IMG/VR virus record: IMGVR_UViG_3300037760_000145
Span: 1-24,529 of that record
From: a virus
Taxonomy: Duplodnaviria; Caudoviricetes
Strand: one strand, 5' to 3'
DNA: 24,529 bases
The notes under the pieces are model-generated. The model saw nothing but the letters and a program-made list of their open reading frames with translations. It was not told the DNA's origin and did no database searches. The position numbers and the translations under genes were made by a program. Shown here one piece after another: positions 1 to 9,195 of this stretch (its first letter is position 1; the number at the start of each line of letters is the position of its first letter).

Positions 1-2757
1 GACGGCGACCAGGTGCAGATGCGCAACGCTGCGGGGACCATCGTCCAAATCCATACGGACAATTTCATCCGCAGCCTTTCCGAAGGCCTGATGCCCGCGA
101 CGGCCGACGAAGTGCGGACCTACGACCTGCGCAAGCGCGAGTCGGGGATCGCTGCGACAGCTAGGACACTGGGCGAGAATATCGCCGTCGGTGCCGCCGA
201 CGTCGCCACGGCGGGCTACCGAGCCGCCGATGCCGTGACGCGCGAGGCGATGGTTGCCGCCGTCCAGCCGTTTTCGGCCGAGCTCTCACAGGAGATTGCC
301 GATGTGCCGCCGCCGCCGTGGGCGCTGCCGACCGGTCGTGAAGCTGCGGCGGCAACGATCGAGGCACTGGGCGGCAATCGAGCAGCGTATGAGCAGGAGG
401 CCAGGGAGGCTGCTCAGGCGAGCCCGACAGCTGCCGGAGTCGGGCAGGTCGTGGGCGGCGTGCTCGCGTCTGGCGGCCTGGTAGGCCCTGCCGGTGGGGT
501 TGCTGCGCGCGTCGGGGTCGAGGCTGGGGTAGGCGCCGGGTTCGGGATCCAGGCGGTGGGCGAGGACGCATTTATTCGGAACGAAAAGCTGAGCAGCCAA
601 AAGGCGCTAGCCGCGATGGGCCTTGGCGCCATTCTGGGCGGCGGAGTGGCCTTCGGGATTGCTGGCTCGTCGCGCCTATTCCGGCGATCCGGCAGTCGCG
701 GGGCGACTCCGTTTGACTCGCCTCGCGCTGGTAGCGGTGGAGCTTACCGGTCAGCGGCCAAGGCGGACGAATACGAGGCGCTCGTATCTCAGGCCGCCGG
801 CGCGCCGCCAGCGCCTGGCGTTGCCGCCAAACTCCGGGATGCTGTCGAGGGCCTACAGAGCGCGGCGACAGGCGCCAAGCGAGAGACCTTGCAGCGGTAT
901 GGCGCGCTGAGGTGGGACAGTACGGCCCTATCGGGGCGCGAGATGTGGCGCAACCGGGATCAGATCCTGGAAGGCGCTACACGCGATCTGGCTGGCAATA
1001 TCGATAGCCTCGCCAGGAACAGTCGAGACGTATTTGATGACGTCGTGGACGTGCGACTGAAACGGAGCAACATCTCGGGCAAGCTCACCGGCGACCGGGC
1101 GGTGATGCTCGACGCCGCGCGGCGTGAGACTGGGCGACTCCGCGCGGAGCTGCAGGCAATCGCGCTCGACGCCGAGCAGTACGGCAACGCGCGGCTGGTC
1201 AAAAATACGAGAAAGCTGGTCAACGACTTAGCTCGTGAGACGCGCGCCACCGACGACGCCGCGCAGGCGTTCATCGCGCTGGATCGCACAAAGCGTGCGC
1301 TGCAGCGCGAGCGCGTGGCTCTTGGCCGCTCTGCTGCTCGTCAGCCAGACGCCCTGCTCTCGCAGCAGGCGCGTGCGCTCGGAGACCGGCTCGAAGAGCT
1401 CCAGGCAGGCACGCGCGCGACGCTGACGGATGAGTCAGTCTGGGGTGCCGCGGCTGTAGATCAGCGCACCATTAATGCCGCTTGGGAAGAGTGGTTCGAG
1501 TCCAAGAGGCTATTCGACGGGCACTTTCTCGCGCGCACCGGAGAGACGTTCGACGGGCGCCCGATCATGGCTGCCGACCCGAACAAGGTAAACGGATTCG
1601 TGCGCAAGCTGGGGCGGCAGGAGTCAGCGCTGGTCGACGAGCATTTCCGACACCACGTAATGGCCACGAACAAACTCAGCGAGGCCATCAGCGAGGCATT
1701 TGACCTCCAACAGAAGAAGGCCGCGGTGGACGCGGTGCGCTCAAGCGCTGAAGAAATCACCAGGACGCTGGCTAAGGCCGACGAAACCGTGAAGGTCGCC
1801 AACCAGATTGACGCCGTCATCAGCTCGGAGGGCAGCGCCGGATTGCCGTCGGCGCTCCTGGGTGGGGCCCTTGGCGGCCCGCTCGGCGCGCTTGCCGGAG
1901 CGGCGTACGGAATCGCGACCCGGCCGGGCTCGCTCATCAAGAGCATGGCTGCACTTGAGTCGCTCGGCGCAAACGTGGACGGCCGCATCCTCAAGAGCAT
2001 CCGACGGGCAATTTCCGCCGTCCCCGACCTGCCGAGCGGGGCGGCACCGAAGCGGCTGCCAGTCAAGCGCGCGGCCGTGTCGGCGACACTGCGCGAGCTC
2101 ACCGAAGACGACAGCGACCGGCATGACACCTACCGCCGCCGTGTGACCGATCTCGCTGAGATTACTACCAGCCCCGGCTTGGCCTCGCAGCGGCTTCGGG
2201 AGGCGACGTCGTCTCTCGCGGCCGATGCGCCAAAGATGGCCGGGCTCATCGGCATCCAGGCGCTACGTGGTGCGCAGTTCCTCCAGACAAAGGTCCCCGC
2301 CGCCGTCGTGCATGCGAATGGATTCGGCCAACGTTTCGACGAGACGGAGGCGAGCGACGAGGAAATCAGCCGCTTCAACCTCTACTGGCACGCCGTCAAC
2401 AACCCGCTGTCGGTACTCGACGACATGGAAAACGGGATGCTGATGGAGGAGCAGGTGGAGGCGTTGCAAGCCGTCTACCCGGACATGCTCCAGGACATCC
2501 GCCGGCGCGCGCTCATCGAGCTGTCCGACAAGAAGGACCCGCTCCCGTATGACATGCGGGCACAGCTCGACCTGCTACTTGACTTTGGCGGAGCCGGAGA
2601 ACCCAGCTACGCGCCAGCATTTATCGACCGGTGGTCGCAGCTAGCGGAGATGTCCCAGCCCGATGAGCCACCGCCACCGAGACGTGGTGGCGGCGGCGGG
2701 ACAAAGCTCGCCGAAAAGATGCAGACGCAATCGGCCTCAATCGAGGCCCGTTCGTGA
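1..2757 (+). CDS. Large virion internal/ejection-type protein (frame open to window start, possibly 5'-truncated)
   Basis: 914+ aa, Ala/Gly-rich and helical-looking, with two hydrophobic glycine-zipper-like segments (ALAAMGLGAILGGGVAFGIAG; LLGGALGGPLGALAGAAYGIA). Lies just upstream of tail-appendage genes. Function inferred from composition and position. Confidence 0.5.
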   Translation, partial: DGDQVQMRNAAGTIVQIHTDNFIRSLSEGLMPATADEVRTYDLRKRESGIAATARTLGENIAVGAADVATAGYRAADAVTREAMVAAVQPFSAELSQEIADVPPPPWALPTGREAAAATIEALGGNRAAYEQEAREAAQASPTAAGVGQVVGGVLASGGLVGPAGGVAARVGVEAGVGAGFGIQAVGEDAFIRNEKLSSQKALAAMGLGAILGGGVAFGIAGSSRLFRRSGSRGATPFDSPRAGSGGAYRSAAKADEYEALVSQAAGAPPAPGVAAKLRDAVEGLQSAATGAKRETLQRYGALRWDSTALSGREMWRNRDQILEGATRDLAGNIDSLARNSRDVFDDVVDVRLKRSNISGKLTGDRAVMLDAARRETGRLRAELQAIALDAEQYGNARLVKNTRKLVNDLARETRATDDAAQAFIALDRTKRALQRERVALGRSAARQPDALLSQQARALGDRLEELQAGTRATLTDESVWGAAAVDQRTINAAWEEWFESKRLFDGHFLARTGETFDGRPIMAADPNKVNGFVRKLGRQESALVDEHFRHHVMATNKLSEAISEAFDLQQKKAAVDAVRSSAEEITRTLAKADETVKVANQIDAVISSEGSAGLPSALLGGALGGPLGALAGAAYGIATRPGSLIKSMAALESLGANVDGRILKSIRRAISAVPDLPSGAAPKRLPVKRAAVSATLRELTEDDSDRHDTYRRRVTDLAEITTSPGLASQRLREATSSLAADAPKMAGLIGIQALRGAQFLQTKVPAAVVHANGFGQRFDETEASDEEISRFNLYWHAVNNPLSVLDDMENGMLMEEQVEALQAVYPDMLQDIRRRALIELSDKKDPLPYDMRAQLDLLLDFGGAGEPSYAPAFIDRWSQLAEMSQPDEPPPPRRGGGGGTKLAEKMQTQSASIEARS

Positions 2758-2766
2758 GGTGACGAG

Positions 2767-3144
2767 ATGCAAGAAAAGCAGGCAGCGAAGGTAAACGGAC
2801 CGCGCGCAAACGTCGCGGCAGCAGTGGGCGGACACACGCTCAAGGTCCTCGCGGTGACGGCATCGAGCGCGGTGCACGACATACTCGGAACGGAGGCGTC
2901 GCCGGGCAAGCTCCGCAAGGCGGACGGGCGCATCGTCAAGATGATCTCGAGCGTCGACACCTATTACGTGTGGAGCGACGACGGGTCCGGGACGGTCGAC
3001 GAAACCGCAAGCGAAACGACCACACCAACCCAGCAGTGCTACTTCATGTCCGCCAATACGGAGGTGCACGAGTACTGCCAGGGGCGGTATTTGATCGTCA
3101 AAGGCAGCACCGGACTACTCCGGATGGCGCTTGCTAGCCCATGA
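2767..3144 (+). CDS. Hypothetical beta-rich virion protein (possible tail-appendage adaptor)
   Basis: 125 aa; GAGGTG Shine-Dalgarno-like sequence before ATG; ATGA overlap with the next gene. Confidence 0.55.
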   Translation: MQEKQAAKVNGPRANVAAAVGGHTLKVLAVTASSAVHDILGTEASPGKLRKADGRIVKMISSVDTYYVWSDDGSGTVDETASETTTPTQQCYFMSANTEVHEYCQGRYLIVKGSTGLLRMALASP

Positions 3145-3896
3145 TCACTAGGCGCCCAGTTCCGGGACGCAATCGCCGCGCGGTCACAGGCGCCGGCGGA
3201 GGCGGCGGAGCGCCATTCCATCCCGTCGACATCGGCGGCTGGACGGAGTTCTGGGACGCGAGCTCGGCGGCGAACACGCTGACGCTATCGGGAAGCGACG
3301 TCATTTCGTGGGAGGGCTCGACCGGGACGCACGATTGGACCGATAACGGCAACTCTGCGCAGCGTCCAGACGCGGCGAGCACGATAAATGGCGTGCGCGT
3401 CGTAAACTTCGACGGCGCTGCGGAGTGGCTGCTTTGCTCGACGATTGATCGCGACTCTCCCGGTACGACGCCCACGTATTACTGGGGCGTCTTTCTGATC
3501 GATGCTGCCTCCAACTTCGACACGCTAGTAGGTGGGCTGGGGGGGGCCAGCCGGATCACCGTTGGCTGCGCAAACACGAGCGGCGATCTCAGTCAGTACA
3601 ATACGACGCAGGCCAACACCAATACGGCGACCACGATCGGCACGCAGTTTCGGCTATACGTCGGTTTCACCAACACGACCGGCGACTTTGTGCAGGTCGA
3701 CGACACGGCGGTCACGGGCTCCGGGTCCGGCAACGTCGATGCGGACGCGGGCTTGTGGTTTGGCTCGCGCGGCGGCGCAGCCAGCACGTTCTTCGCCGGA
3801 AAGTGTGCGTGCTTCGGGGTGCGCGACGCAGCGCTGACGGCCGGCGAAGAGGCGGACCTCAAGGCGTGGGCGATCGCAACCCTCGGGACAGCGTGA
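3141..3896 (+). CDS. LamG/concanavalin-like beta-sandwich virion adhesin
   Basis: Thr/Gly/Asp-rich 251 aa; WDAS...VISW, INGVRVVNFDG and terminal ALTAGE motifs typical of phage LamG-like modules. Confidence 0.65.
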   Translation: MITRRPVPGRNRRAVTGAGGGGGAPFHPVDIGGWTEFWDASSAANTLTLSGSDVISWEGSTGTHDWTDNGNSAQRPDAASTINGVRVVNFDGAAEWLLCSTIDRDSPGTTPTYYWGVFLIDAASNFDTLVGGLGGASRITVGCANTSGDLSQYNTTQANTNTATTIGTQFRLYVGFTNTTGDFVQVDDTAVTGSGSGNVDADAGLWFGSRGGAASTFFAGKCACFGVRDAALTAGEEADLKAWAIATLGTA

Positions 3897-3903
3897 GGCA
3901 CTG

Positions 3904-5367
3904 ATGTTCTCTCGTCGACACCCACGGACGAATCGGCGCGGGATTGGTGCGCCGTCTGGCGCGTCCTCCCCGATCGCACTCGGCGCCTCAGTCTGGGAGG
4001 ACGGCATCTACCTCGACGTCCCGATGCTCGAGCTATCCGACGGCACGGTGCTCTCATCCGCCATCACGCCGCAGGTCGGCAGCGTCGACCTAATCCCCGT
4101 CAACTCGCCAGAGATTGACGAAGTGGGTATTGGTGGGCGGTCTGCGATATGGCTGCCGCAGTCGTCCCTGGCGCACCTCACCGCGCATGCACTGTCGTCC
4201 TTGGTGTCAGGTGACGATAAGCCGCTGACGGTGATCGCGCGTACCAAACGAGACTATCCCACTGGGCAGCGGTCGGTCTTTGGCTTCGGCAATTCCGCGC
4301 AGAGCGCGAACGACTTTCTATACGGCGCCTTTCCAGCAGGGGCTGGCAACTCGCCGACCTTCGTCAAGGATGCGGTCGCGGAAACGCAAAAGGCGATCAC
4401 GCGCACAGGATCGCTGGACTATACCGATCACGTCGTAGCGTTCGTCACCAACGGCACAACCGGATGGATTTATCTCGACGGCGCGGAGGTGGCGACCGAT
4501 GACCTTGATACGCTAGGGATTACGCCCAACCGCTTCGTGGTCGGCGGGCGCCATACAACCGCCGTCCTCGAGCACATGGGCGGATGGATATCGCACTTCG
4601 CCATGACCGGCCAAGCGCTGTCGCCAACACAGATACAGACCGTTACCACCGCATGGCGCGCTGGCGATCTCGGGTACCCCGGGCAGGGCACGGCGATTCA
4701 GTTTTTCGGCGACTCGATCACGCAAGGCGACAGCGACAACGATCCAGCGATCAACAACGCCACGCGAGGCGGCTTTCGTTACAACCTCTTTGAGTGGGCG
4801 CGCGCGAATCGTCTGCGGCTAAACATGGTCGGACACCGCACGCAGGGGATCTTTGCCGATCCGGAGCACAGCTCAATTGGAGGCGCAACAACCGGACTGA
4901 TCCGGGATTACGTGGACACGTACGTGCCGCAGTATGACCCGCGTGCCGTCTTCGTGCTTGCCGGCACCAACGACTCGGATGCGATTGAGGGGGAGTCGAT
5001 GACTCTCGCTGCGTGGCGGGTGATTTACGAAGACCTGTTGGACAAGGCCAGGACGCATCTAGACGCAGTGCCGGGTCAGTCAGACGGGCGTATCATCGTA
5101 GCCACGATCACCCCGATTGAAACAGGCACGGCGGGCGCGACGGCGATCGGCGACATGAACACCGAGCTAGTGGACATTTGGGACGACCACGACGCAGCGA
5201 ATTCGACCAAGCCGGCGCTCATTCGTTGCGATTTCCACACCGCGATTGGTGCATGGCACGCCAACAACTTCAAGGACGCCGTCCACCCAAATCACACCGG
5301 ATACTCGCTGCTTGGTGACGAGTTGATCGCGCAGGCTGGGAGCTACCTGGAGAGCATTGCGACATGA
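3904..5367 (+). CDS. LamG-like domain + SGNH/GDSL hydrolase (tail spike / surface-polysaccharide deacetylase-like)
   Basis: SGNH blocks: FFGDSITQG, HSSIGG, LAGTND, DAVHPNHTGY. N-terminal half has LamG-like HVVAFV...IYLDG...ALSPTQI. Confidence 0.85.
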   Translation: MFSRRHPRTNRRGIGAPSGASSPIALGASVWEDGIYLDVPMLELSDGTVLSSAITPQVGSVDLIPVNSPEIDEVGIGGRSAIWLPQSSLAHLTAHALSSLVSGDDKPLTVIARTKRDYPTGQRSVFGFGNSAQSANDFLYGAFPAGAGNSPTFVKDAVAETQKAITRTGSLDYTDHVVAFVTNGTTGWIYLDGAEVATDDLDTLGITPNRFVVGGRHTTAVLEHMGGWISHFAMTGQALSPTQIQTVTTAWRAGDLGYPGQGTAIQFFGDSITQGDSDNDPAINNATRGGFRYNLFEWARANRLRLNMVGHRTQGIFADPEHSSIGGATTGLIRDYVDTYVPQYDPRAVFVLAGTNDSDAIEGESMTLAAWRVIYEDLLDKARTHLDAVPGQSDGRIIVATITPIETGTAGATAIGDMNTELVDIWDDHDAANSTKPALIRCDFHTAIGAWHANNFKDAVHPNHTGYSLLGDELIAQAGSYLESIAT

Positions 5368-5603
5368 GCAGCATCGTTCACATCGTCTTCGTCGCCGCAG
5401 CACTAACAGCGTGCGCCGCACCAACTCCGCCCGGCTGCGACGAGGCCGACCTCGGCCGCATGATGACCGCCGAGCAGGGAGAGCTTGCGTTAGCGTGCGC
5501 TGGACACGGCGTCGACTGTCCCGATCGTGAATCGATCCACGCGAAATGGAAGCTGCGGCGCGAGGACTGGTTCCTCCGATGTGATCCAGGAGCCATGCAA
5601 TGA
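5364..5603 (+). CDS. Small Cys-rich lipoprotein (o-spanin or exclusion-protein candidate)
   Basis: Hydrophobic signal ending in lipobox LTA-C, followed by Pro-rich linker AAPTPPG. Confidence 0.6.
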   Translation: MSSIVHIVFVAAALTACAAPTPPGCDEADLGRMMTAEQGELALACAGHGVDCPDRESIHAKWKLRREDWFLRCDPGAMQ

Positions 5604-5956
5604 GAGCGCCCACACACGCGCAGCTGGCCGAGGTGACCTCGCTGTTACTCGCGCTGTTGGCGGCAACGAACGGCGGCCAGGCCGTGCCGCTGATTCGCGA
5701 TCTGCTCGCGCATCTGAACAAGCTGCCGGGCGCGCTGCCGGTGCTCGTGCGCGCGCTCGAGCTGATGGCAAAATCCAAAGACAAGCTCGACGCCGGCAAC
5801 TGGAAGCGTGCGTTCATGGTTGCGGTGGCCGACTTCACGGCGCGACGTCTTGCCGACGAATGGCTGAGGCTCGTGCCTGTGCGGTTCGCTGGACGACGAC
5901 CGGCCGGGTTGTCGGCGCGTGACTGGGACCTGCTGCGGGAGAGGGCGCACGGGTAA
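5600..5956 (+). CDS. Hypothetical protein with N-terminal hydrophobic stretch
   Basis: 118 aa, coupled to neighbours by ATGA and TAATG overlaps. Confidence 0.55.
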   Translation: MRAPTHAQLAEVTSLLLALLAATNGGQAVPLIRDLLAHLNKLPGALPVLVRALELMAKSKDKLDAGNWKRAFMVAVADFTARRLADEWLRLVPVRFAGRRPAGLSARDWDLLRERAHG

Positions 5957-6069
5957 TGCGACTGCTCGATCTGCTGGTGTTCATCTGTACTGTCACCGGT
6001 GCAGCGGCGTGGCTATTCCTAGGAATTGCCGCGTTCGCCGGTGCATGGGACTGGCTCAGGAAGAGGTAA
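5956..6069 (+). CDS. 37-aa single-TM membrane peptide (holin/antiholin-like); not in ORF track
   Basis: MRLLDLLVFICTVTGAAAWLFLGIAAFAGAWDWLRKR; TAATG overlap with upstream gene; basic C-terminus. Confidence 0.6.
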   Translation: MRLLDLLVFICTVTGAAAWLFLGIAAFAGAWDWLRKR

Positions 6070-6072
6070 CCA

Positions 6073-6225
6073 ATGTCACTCGTTGCAATGATTCTCCTTT
6101 CGGTGTGCTCGATCATTCTTGGCGCGATCGGTCCCAAGCCAACCGGCTGGGTCGTGACGGCGCTCGCTACGCTGGCCTTGATCCTGATCGTGCTCGGCGG
6201 TTTCTCTGTCCAGATCGGGAAGTGA
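6073..6225 (+). CDS. 50-aa two-TM membrane protein (holin-like); not in ORF track
   Basis: MSLVAMILLSVCSIILGAIGPKPTGWVVTALATLALILIVLGGFSVQIGK; GAGGT SD upstream; immediately precedes a predicted hydrolase. Confidence 0.65.
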   Translation: MSLVAMILLSVCSIILGAIGPKPTGWVVTALATLALILIVLGGFSVQIGK

Positions 6226-6234
6226 TACGGAGTC

Positions 6235-6834
6235 GTGACCGAGCTCGACCCAGGCTACCGCGTGGCTCTCGTAGCGCACGAGTTCCTCGACCCTGGTCCG
6301 GTCGGCGACCTCTACCGCGGCGACGAGTACGAGCGCTTTCTTGACGATGCGTTCGGCAACGGTGCGCAGCTGCGAAAGGTGCGCACGAGCTGCGCCGTCT
6401 TCGCGGCCGCGAGTCTGATCCATGCGGGCGTGCAGGGTCCGCGTAAGTGGCCTGCGCGGCCCGCGATCACGACGTGGTTAGGCGTGCGTGGGTTTGTCGA
6501 GGACGACCCGGACACGGATCTGATCGAGGGCGCATGGATCCCTGAGGGCGAGGCTACCCCTCAGGCGGGGGACGTCTTTTACATCTGCTCGACCGCCGGG
6601 CGCATGTCGCTCGGAGGTGGACAATTCTACACGTGGACGCGCTGGCAGGACGCCGCGAACGGCCACGTCGGCATTCTGATCGACGGCGCTGGCGCCATGT
6701 GGACTACAGGCGAAGGCGGCGGAAGTCCAGGCGGCACCATCTGCAGGCGCAGCGAAGGACACAAGAACATCTACGAGATGAGCCGAACGCTGCGCGGCTT
6801 TTGGCGACCGTCACTCATGGAGCCACGGACGTGA
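6235..6834 (+). CDS. CHAP/NlpC-P60-like cysteine peptidoglycan hydrolase
   Basis: TSCAVFA (catalytic Cys), PQAGDVFYI, GHVGILI (His), TGEGG (Glu) occur in canonical CHAP order. Confidence 0.65.
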   Translation: MTELDPGYRVALVAHEFLDPGPVGDLYRGDEYERFLDDAFGNGAQLRKVRTSCAVFAAASLIHAGVQGPRKWPARPAITTWLGVRGFVEDDPDTDLIEGAWIPEGEATPQAGDVFYICSTAGRMSLGGGQFYTWTRWQDAANGHVGILIDGAGAMWTTGEGGGSPGGTICRRSEGHKNIYEMSRTLRGFWRPSLMEPRT

Positions 6835-7154
6835 GCGAGTACGACACCGACATCCCGCCGGACACCAATCCGCACCCCGACCCGCCTCCGTACGAGGAGG
6901 AGACCGGCGAAGATTTGGCCGCACGCTTCGCGCGCATCGCGGGCAACATGGTGCGCGACTCGATTAGTCCGGTGCGCACTGAGACGGCAGAGCTTCGCTC
7001 AGAGCTGCGTGCGTTGGTGGCGCTGGCGCAAAAGATATTCGACGAGTTCCACGCGCTCAAGTTCGAGCTGGGCAAGCGAGTTGACGCGGTCGAACGGCGA
7101 TTGACCGCAGCAGAGCTGGAGATCCTGGCGATTAAAGATCGGCTGGGAGGCTGA
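6831..7154 (+). CDS. Coiled-coil protein with acidic Pro-rich N-terminus
   Basis: GTG start overlaps upstream stop (GTGA); heptad pattern in C-terminal half. The track start at 6633 is likely too long. Confidence 0.6.
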   Translation: MSEYDTDIPPDTNPHPDPPPYEEETGEDLAARFARIAGNMVRDSISPVRTETAELRSELRALVALAQKIFDEFHALKFELGKRVDAVERRLTAAELEILAIKDRLGG

Positions 7155-7155
7155 C

Positions 7156-7413
7156 GTGCACGTGCCTTGGGAAGCTGTCGTGGCCGTAGCTAGCGCGGGG
7201 GTTGGAGTGATCGGCACTGGGATCAAATGGGTATTTGATCGTTTCGATCGGCACCAGAAGGAATTCATTGCGGCCCTGAAAGACATCCAGGACCGCGAGG
7301 AAGTGCGACGCAAGCAGCACCTTGACGACACGCGCACCTATGCCGAGTCACTGCGCGATCTGGCAGCACAGGTACGAGCCGATTCGCGCCGTCCACCACC
7401 GGGGTCACGATGA
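7156..7413 (+). CDS. Holin-like protein (N-terminal TM + charged coiled coil)
   Basis: GGAGG SD; hydrophobic AVVAVASAGVGVIGTGIKWVF; directly upstream of the GH25 lysin. Confidence 0.6.
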   Translation: MHVPWEAVVAVASAGVGVIGTGIKWVFDRFDRHQKEFIAALKDIQDREEVRRKQHLDDTRTYAESLRDLAAQVRADSRRPPPGSR

Positions 7414-8192
7414 CTATTCGCGGCGTAGATGTGTCCTCACATCAGCAAGCCAGCGCGATCAACTGGCAAGCACTGGCTGAGACGCACCAGTTTTTGATCG
7501 CTCGTGGAACGTACGGCACGCGGCCCGACTCGCAGTGCGCGGCGCACGTGGAGTGTGCGCGAGCGGCTGGTCTCGTGACGGGTCTTTATCATTTTTTTCG
7601 GCCGGGCCAGCCTGTCGCAGATCAGCTAACCGCATTCACTGCAGTGGCCGATACCCTGAGTGTCGACTCGTCGTGGATAGTGCCAGCGCTCGACCTCGAA
7701 GCTAACGAGCGATACGACGGACCGTTCAGCGCGGAGCGGTACTCGGAGCCGTGCTGGACGATCGCGGAGTTTCTCCAGCAGCGATACGGCGGATGTCTGA
7801 TCTACATCAATCCGAGCGACTGGCGTACGCTAGGACGGCCGGGCTGGGTGTTGAGTCATCACGTGTGGCTCGCGCAATGGGGAGTGCGTGAGACCACCCC
7901 GGATCTGCCGTGGGCTATTTGGCAGCACAGCGTCGCAGCACTGCCCGGCGTGTATGCCAGTCCGATCGATCAAAATGTAGCGCGTGCACCGCTACCGCTC
8001 GTTACCACCCCGGAGGTCGTGCCGGATGAGGACTGGGAGGTCGACACCCAGGTCACCCGGGCCGCCCTGACGGCGAGCGCACAGCAGCTGCGTGACGCAA
8101 TGGCTGAGGTGCGGGAGCTCGAGCTGCCGCGGGACCGAGCGGCCGAGATGACCGACCGAGACAAAGACGTGAGGGAGCGAGACGATGATTGA
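7410..8192 (+). CDS. GH25 lysozyme (endolysin)
   Basis: GVDVSSHQ, GLYHFF, ALDLE (DxE), WLAQW, WAIWQHS and IDQN motifs of GH25 muramidases. Confidence 0.9.
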   Translation: MTIRGVDVSSHQQASAINWQALAETHQFLIARGTYGTRPDSQCAAHVECARAAGLVTGLYHFFRPGQPVADQLTAFTAVADTLSVDSSWIVPALDLEANERYDGPFSAERYSEPCWTIAEFLQQRYGGCLIYINPSDWRTLGRPGWVLSHHVWLAQWGVRETTPDLPWAIWQHSVAALPGVYASPIDQNVARAPLPLVTTPEVVPDEDWEVDTQVTRAALTASAQQLRDAMAEVRELELPRDRAAEMTDRDKDVRERDDD

Positions 8193-8793
8193 CGCACTAG
8201 CAATCGCACTGACCGCCGTGGCGACGTCGCTGCCGGCGCCGGCAGTACCTGACGGCAGCCCGCTCTACGAGGCGCCACAGGCCCGCCAGGAGCGGCTGGC
8301 AGTGGTCGCGGTCGCAGTGGCGGCAGTGGCTACCAGGGCGCGCTGTGAGCCGCCGTGGGACGGGTCTGGGTGTCGCCCGCTGTGGCCCGGCTCGAGTGTC
8401 GAGCTCGCGTCCGTGCTGCTCGCGCTGGGCCATTTGGAGTCGGGATACGCCTGGCACGTCCATGCCGGTAGATGCCGGACAGCCATCGGGGAATGTGACG
8501 CCGGCCGGGCCCGGTCTCCGTGGCAGGTCCAGCGCACGCTGCACACTGCGTGGGCGTGGGACGAGATCGAGGGCACCGGCTCGTGGAGCACGTTCGCGGC
8601 GGCGTGGAGTGCTGCTCGCGTGGCCGCCGCTGGGAGACGATACTGCGCATGGTCCGCTCCTAGCGAGCCGTGGCTGGAGGCGACCGTCAGTGCGTACGCG
8701 ACTGGTGGACGGTGCAGGTATCCGCGGGCCCAGGCGCGGGCGAGGTTTGTGGTCTCGATCGAGGGACGGATCCGAGCTGCGCTCTCCGACTGA
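8185..8793 (+). CDS. Secreted lysozyme-like / lytic transglycosylase-like protein
   Basis: N-terminal signal-like segment; LLALGHLESG (catalytic Glu-Ser), DAGRARSPWQV (resembles GLMQ motif) and SAYATG (resembles AYNxG motif); several Cys. Confidence 0.6.
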   Translation: MIDALAIALTAVATSLPAPAVPDGSPLYEAPQARQERLAVVAVAVAAVATRARCEPPWDGSGCRPLWPGSSVELASVLLALGHLESGYAWHVHAGRCRTAIGECDAGRARSPWQVQRTLHTAWAWDEIEGTGSWSTFAAAWSAARVAAAGRRYCAWSAPSEPWLEATVSAYATGGRCRYPRAQARARFVVSIEGRIRAALSD

Positions 8794-8797
8794 CGGC

Positions 8798-8974
8798 CTA
8801 CCCCCGGCGAACGCCGCTGCGACTGCGCCCTTTCGCCGCCCGGTCCGCCACGCGCCTCAGCCACTGAGTCAGCGTCAGATCCTCCGCCTGCGCGGCAGCT
8901 TGCCAGCGGCGGAGCTGCTCGGGCTCGGCGTTCAGGTGCAAGCGTCCGGTGTCGGGGTTGACGGGGCGGGCCAT
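8798..8974 (-). CDS. 58-aa ribbon-helix-helix-like DNA-binding protein
   Basis: MARP...RLHLNA (beta strand), EQLRRWQAAAQAE (helix), LTLTQWLRRVAD (helix); TAATG coupling to the upstream gene. Confidence 0.7.
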   Translation of the reverse strand: MARPVNPDTGRLHLNAEPEQLRRWQAAAQAEDLTLTQWLRRVADRAAKGRSRSGVRRG

Positions 8975-9195
8975 TAGCGGGGCTCTCCCTCGACCGTCAC
9001 ATAGACCCACGCTAGCTCGCGGTCGTCGTGATCTGGCGCCCACGAAGCCTCCACGCCGCGCGAACTCAGCGCCGCACACAGTCGCAGCGCCAGGTAACGC
9101 GGGAGCGCGGTGTCCAGTGCTCCGTAGCCGTCCAGGTGGACAGTGTCCAGCGCCAAGCTGGCCAGCTCGGCGTGCAGGATGTGGCGCGCGATCAC
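8974..9195 (-). CDS. 73-aa hypothetical protein
   Basis: GTG at 9195 overlaps the stop of the 9192-9455 gene (GTGA); its own stop overlaps the RHH start. Confidence 0.6.
   Translation of the reverse strand: MIARHILHAELASLALDTVHLDGYGALDTALPRYLALRLCAALSSRGVEASWAPDHDDRELAWVYVTVEGEPR

Noticed and set aside
3141-5367. Diversity-generating retroelement targeting the adhesins
   Set aside because: No reverse transcriptase or TR/VR repeat pair seen in this window.
8780-8830. Bidirectional terminator between convergent operons
   Set aside because: The gap is only 4 bp and no hairpin with a U-tract is visible.
8798-9195. HicAB-like toxin-antitoxin pair
   Set aside because: The upstream ORF shows no recognisable HicA or GNAT toxin motif; not fully excluded, but an autoregulated cargo operon fits better.
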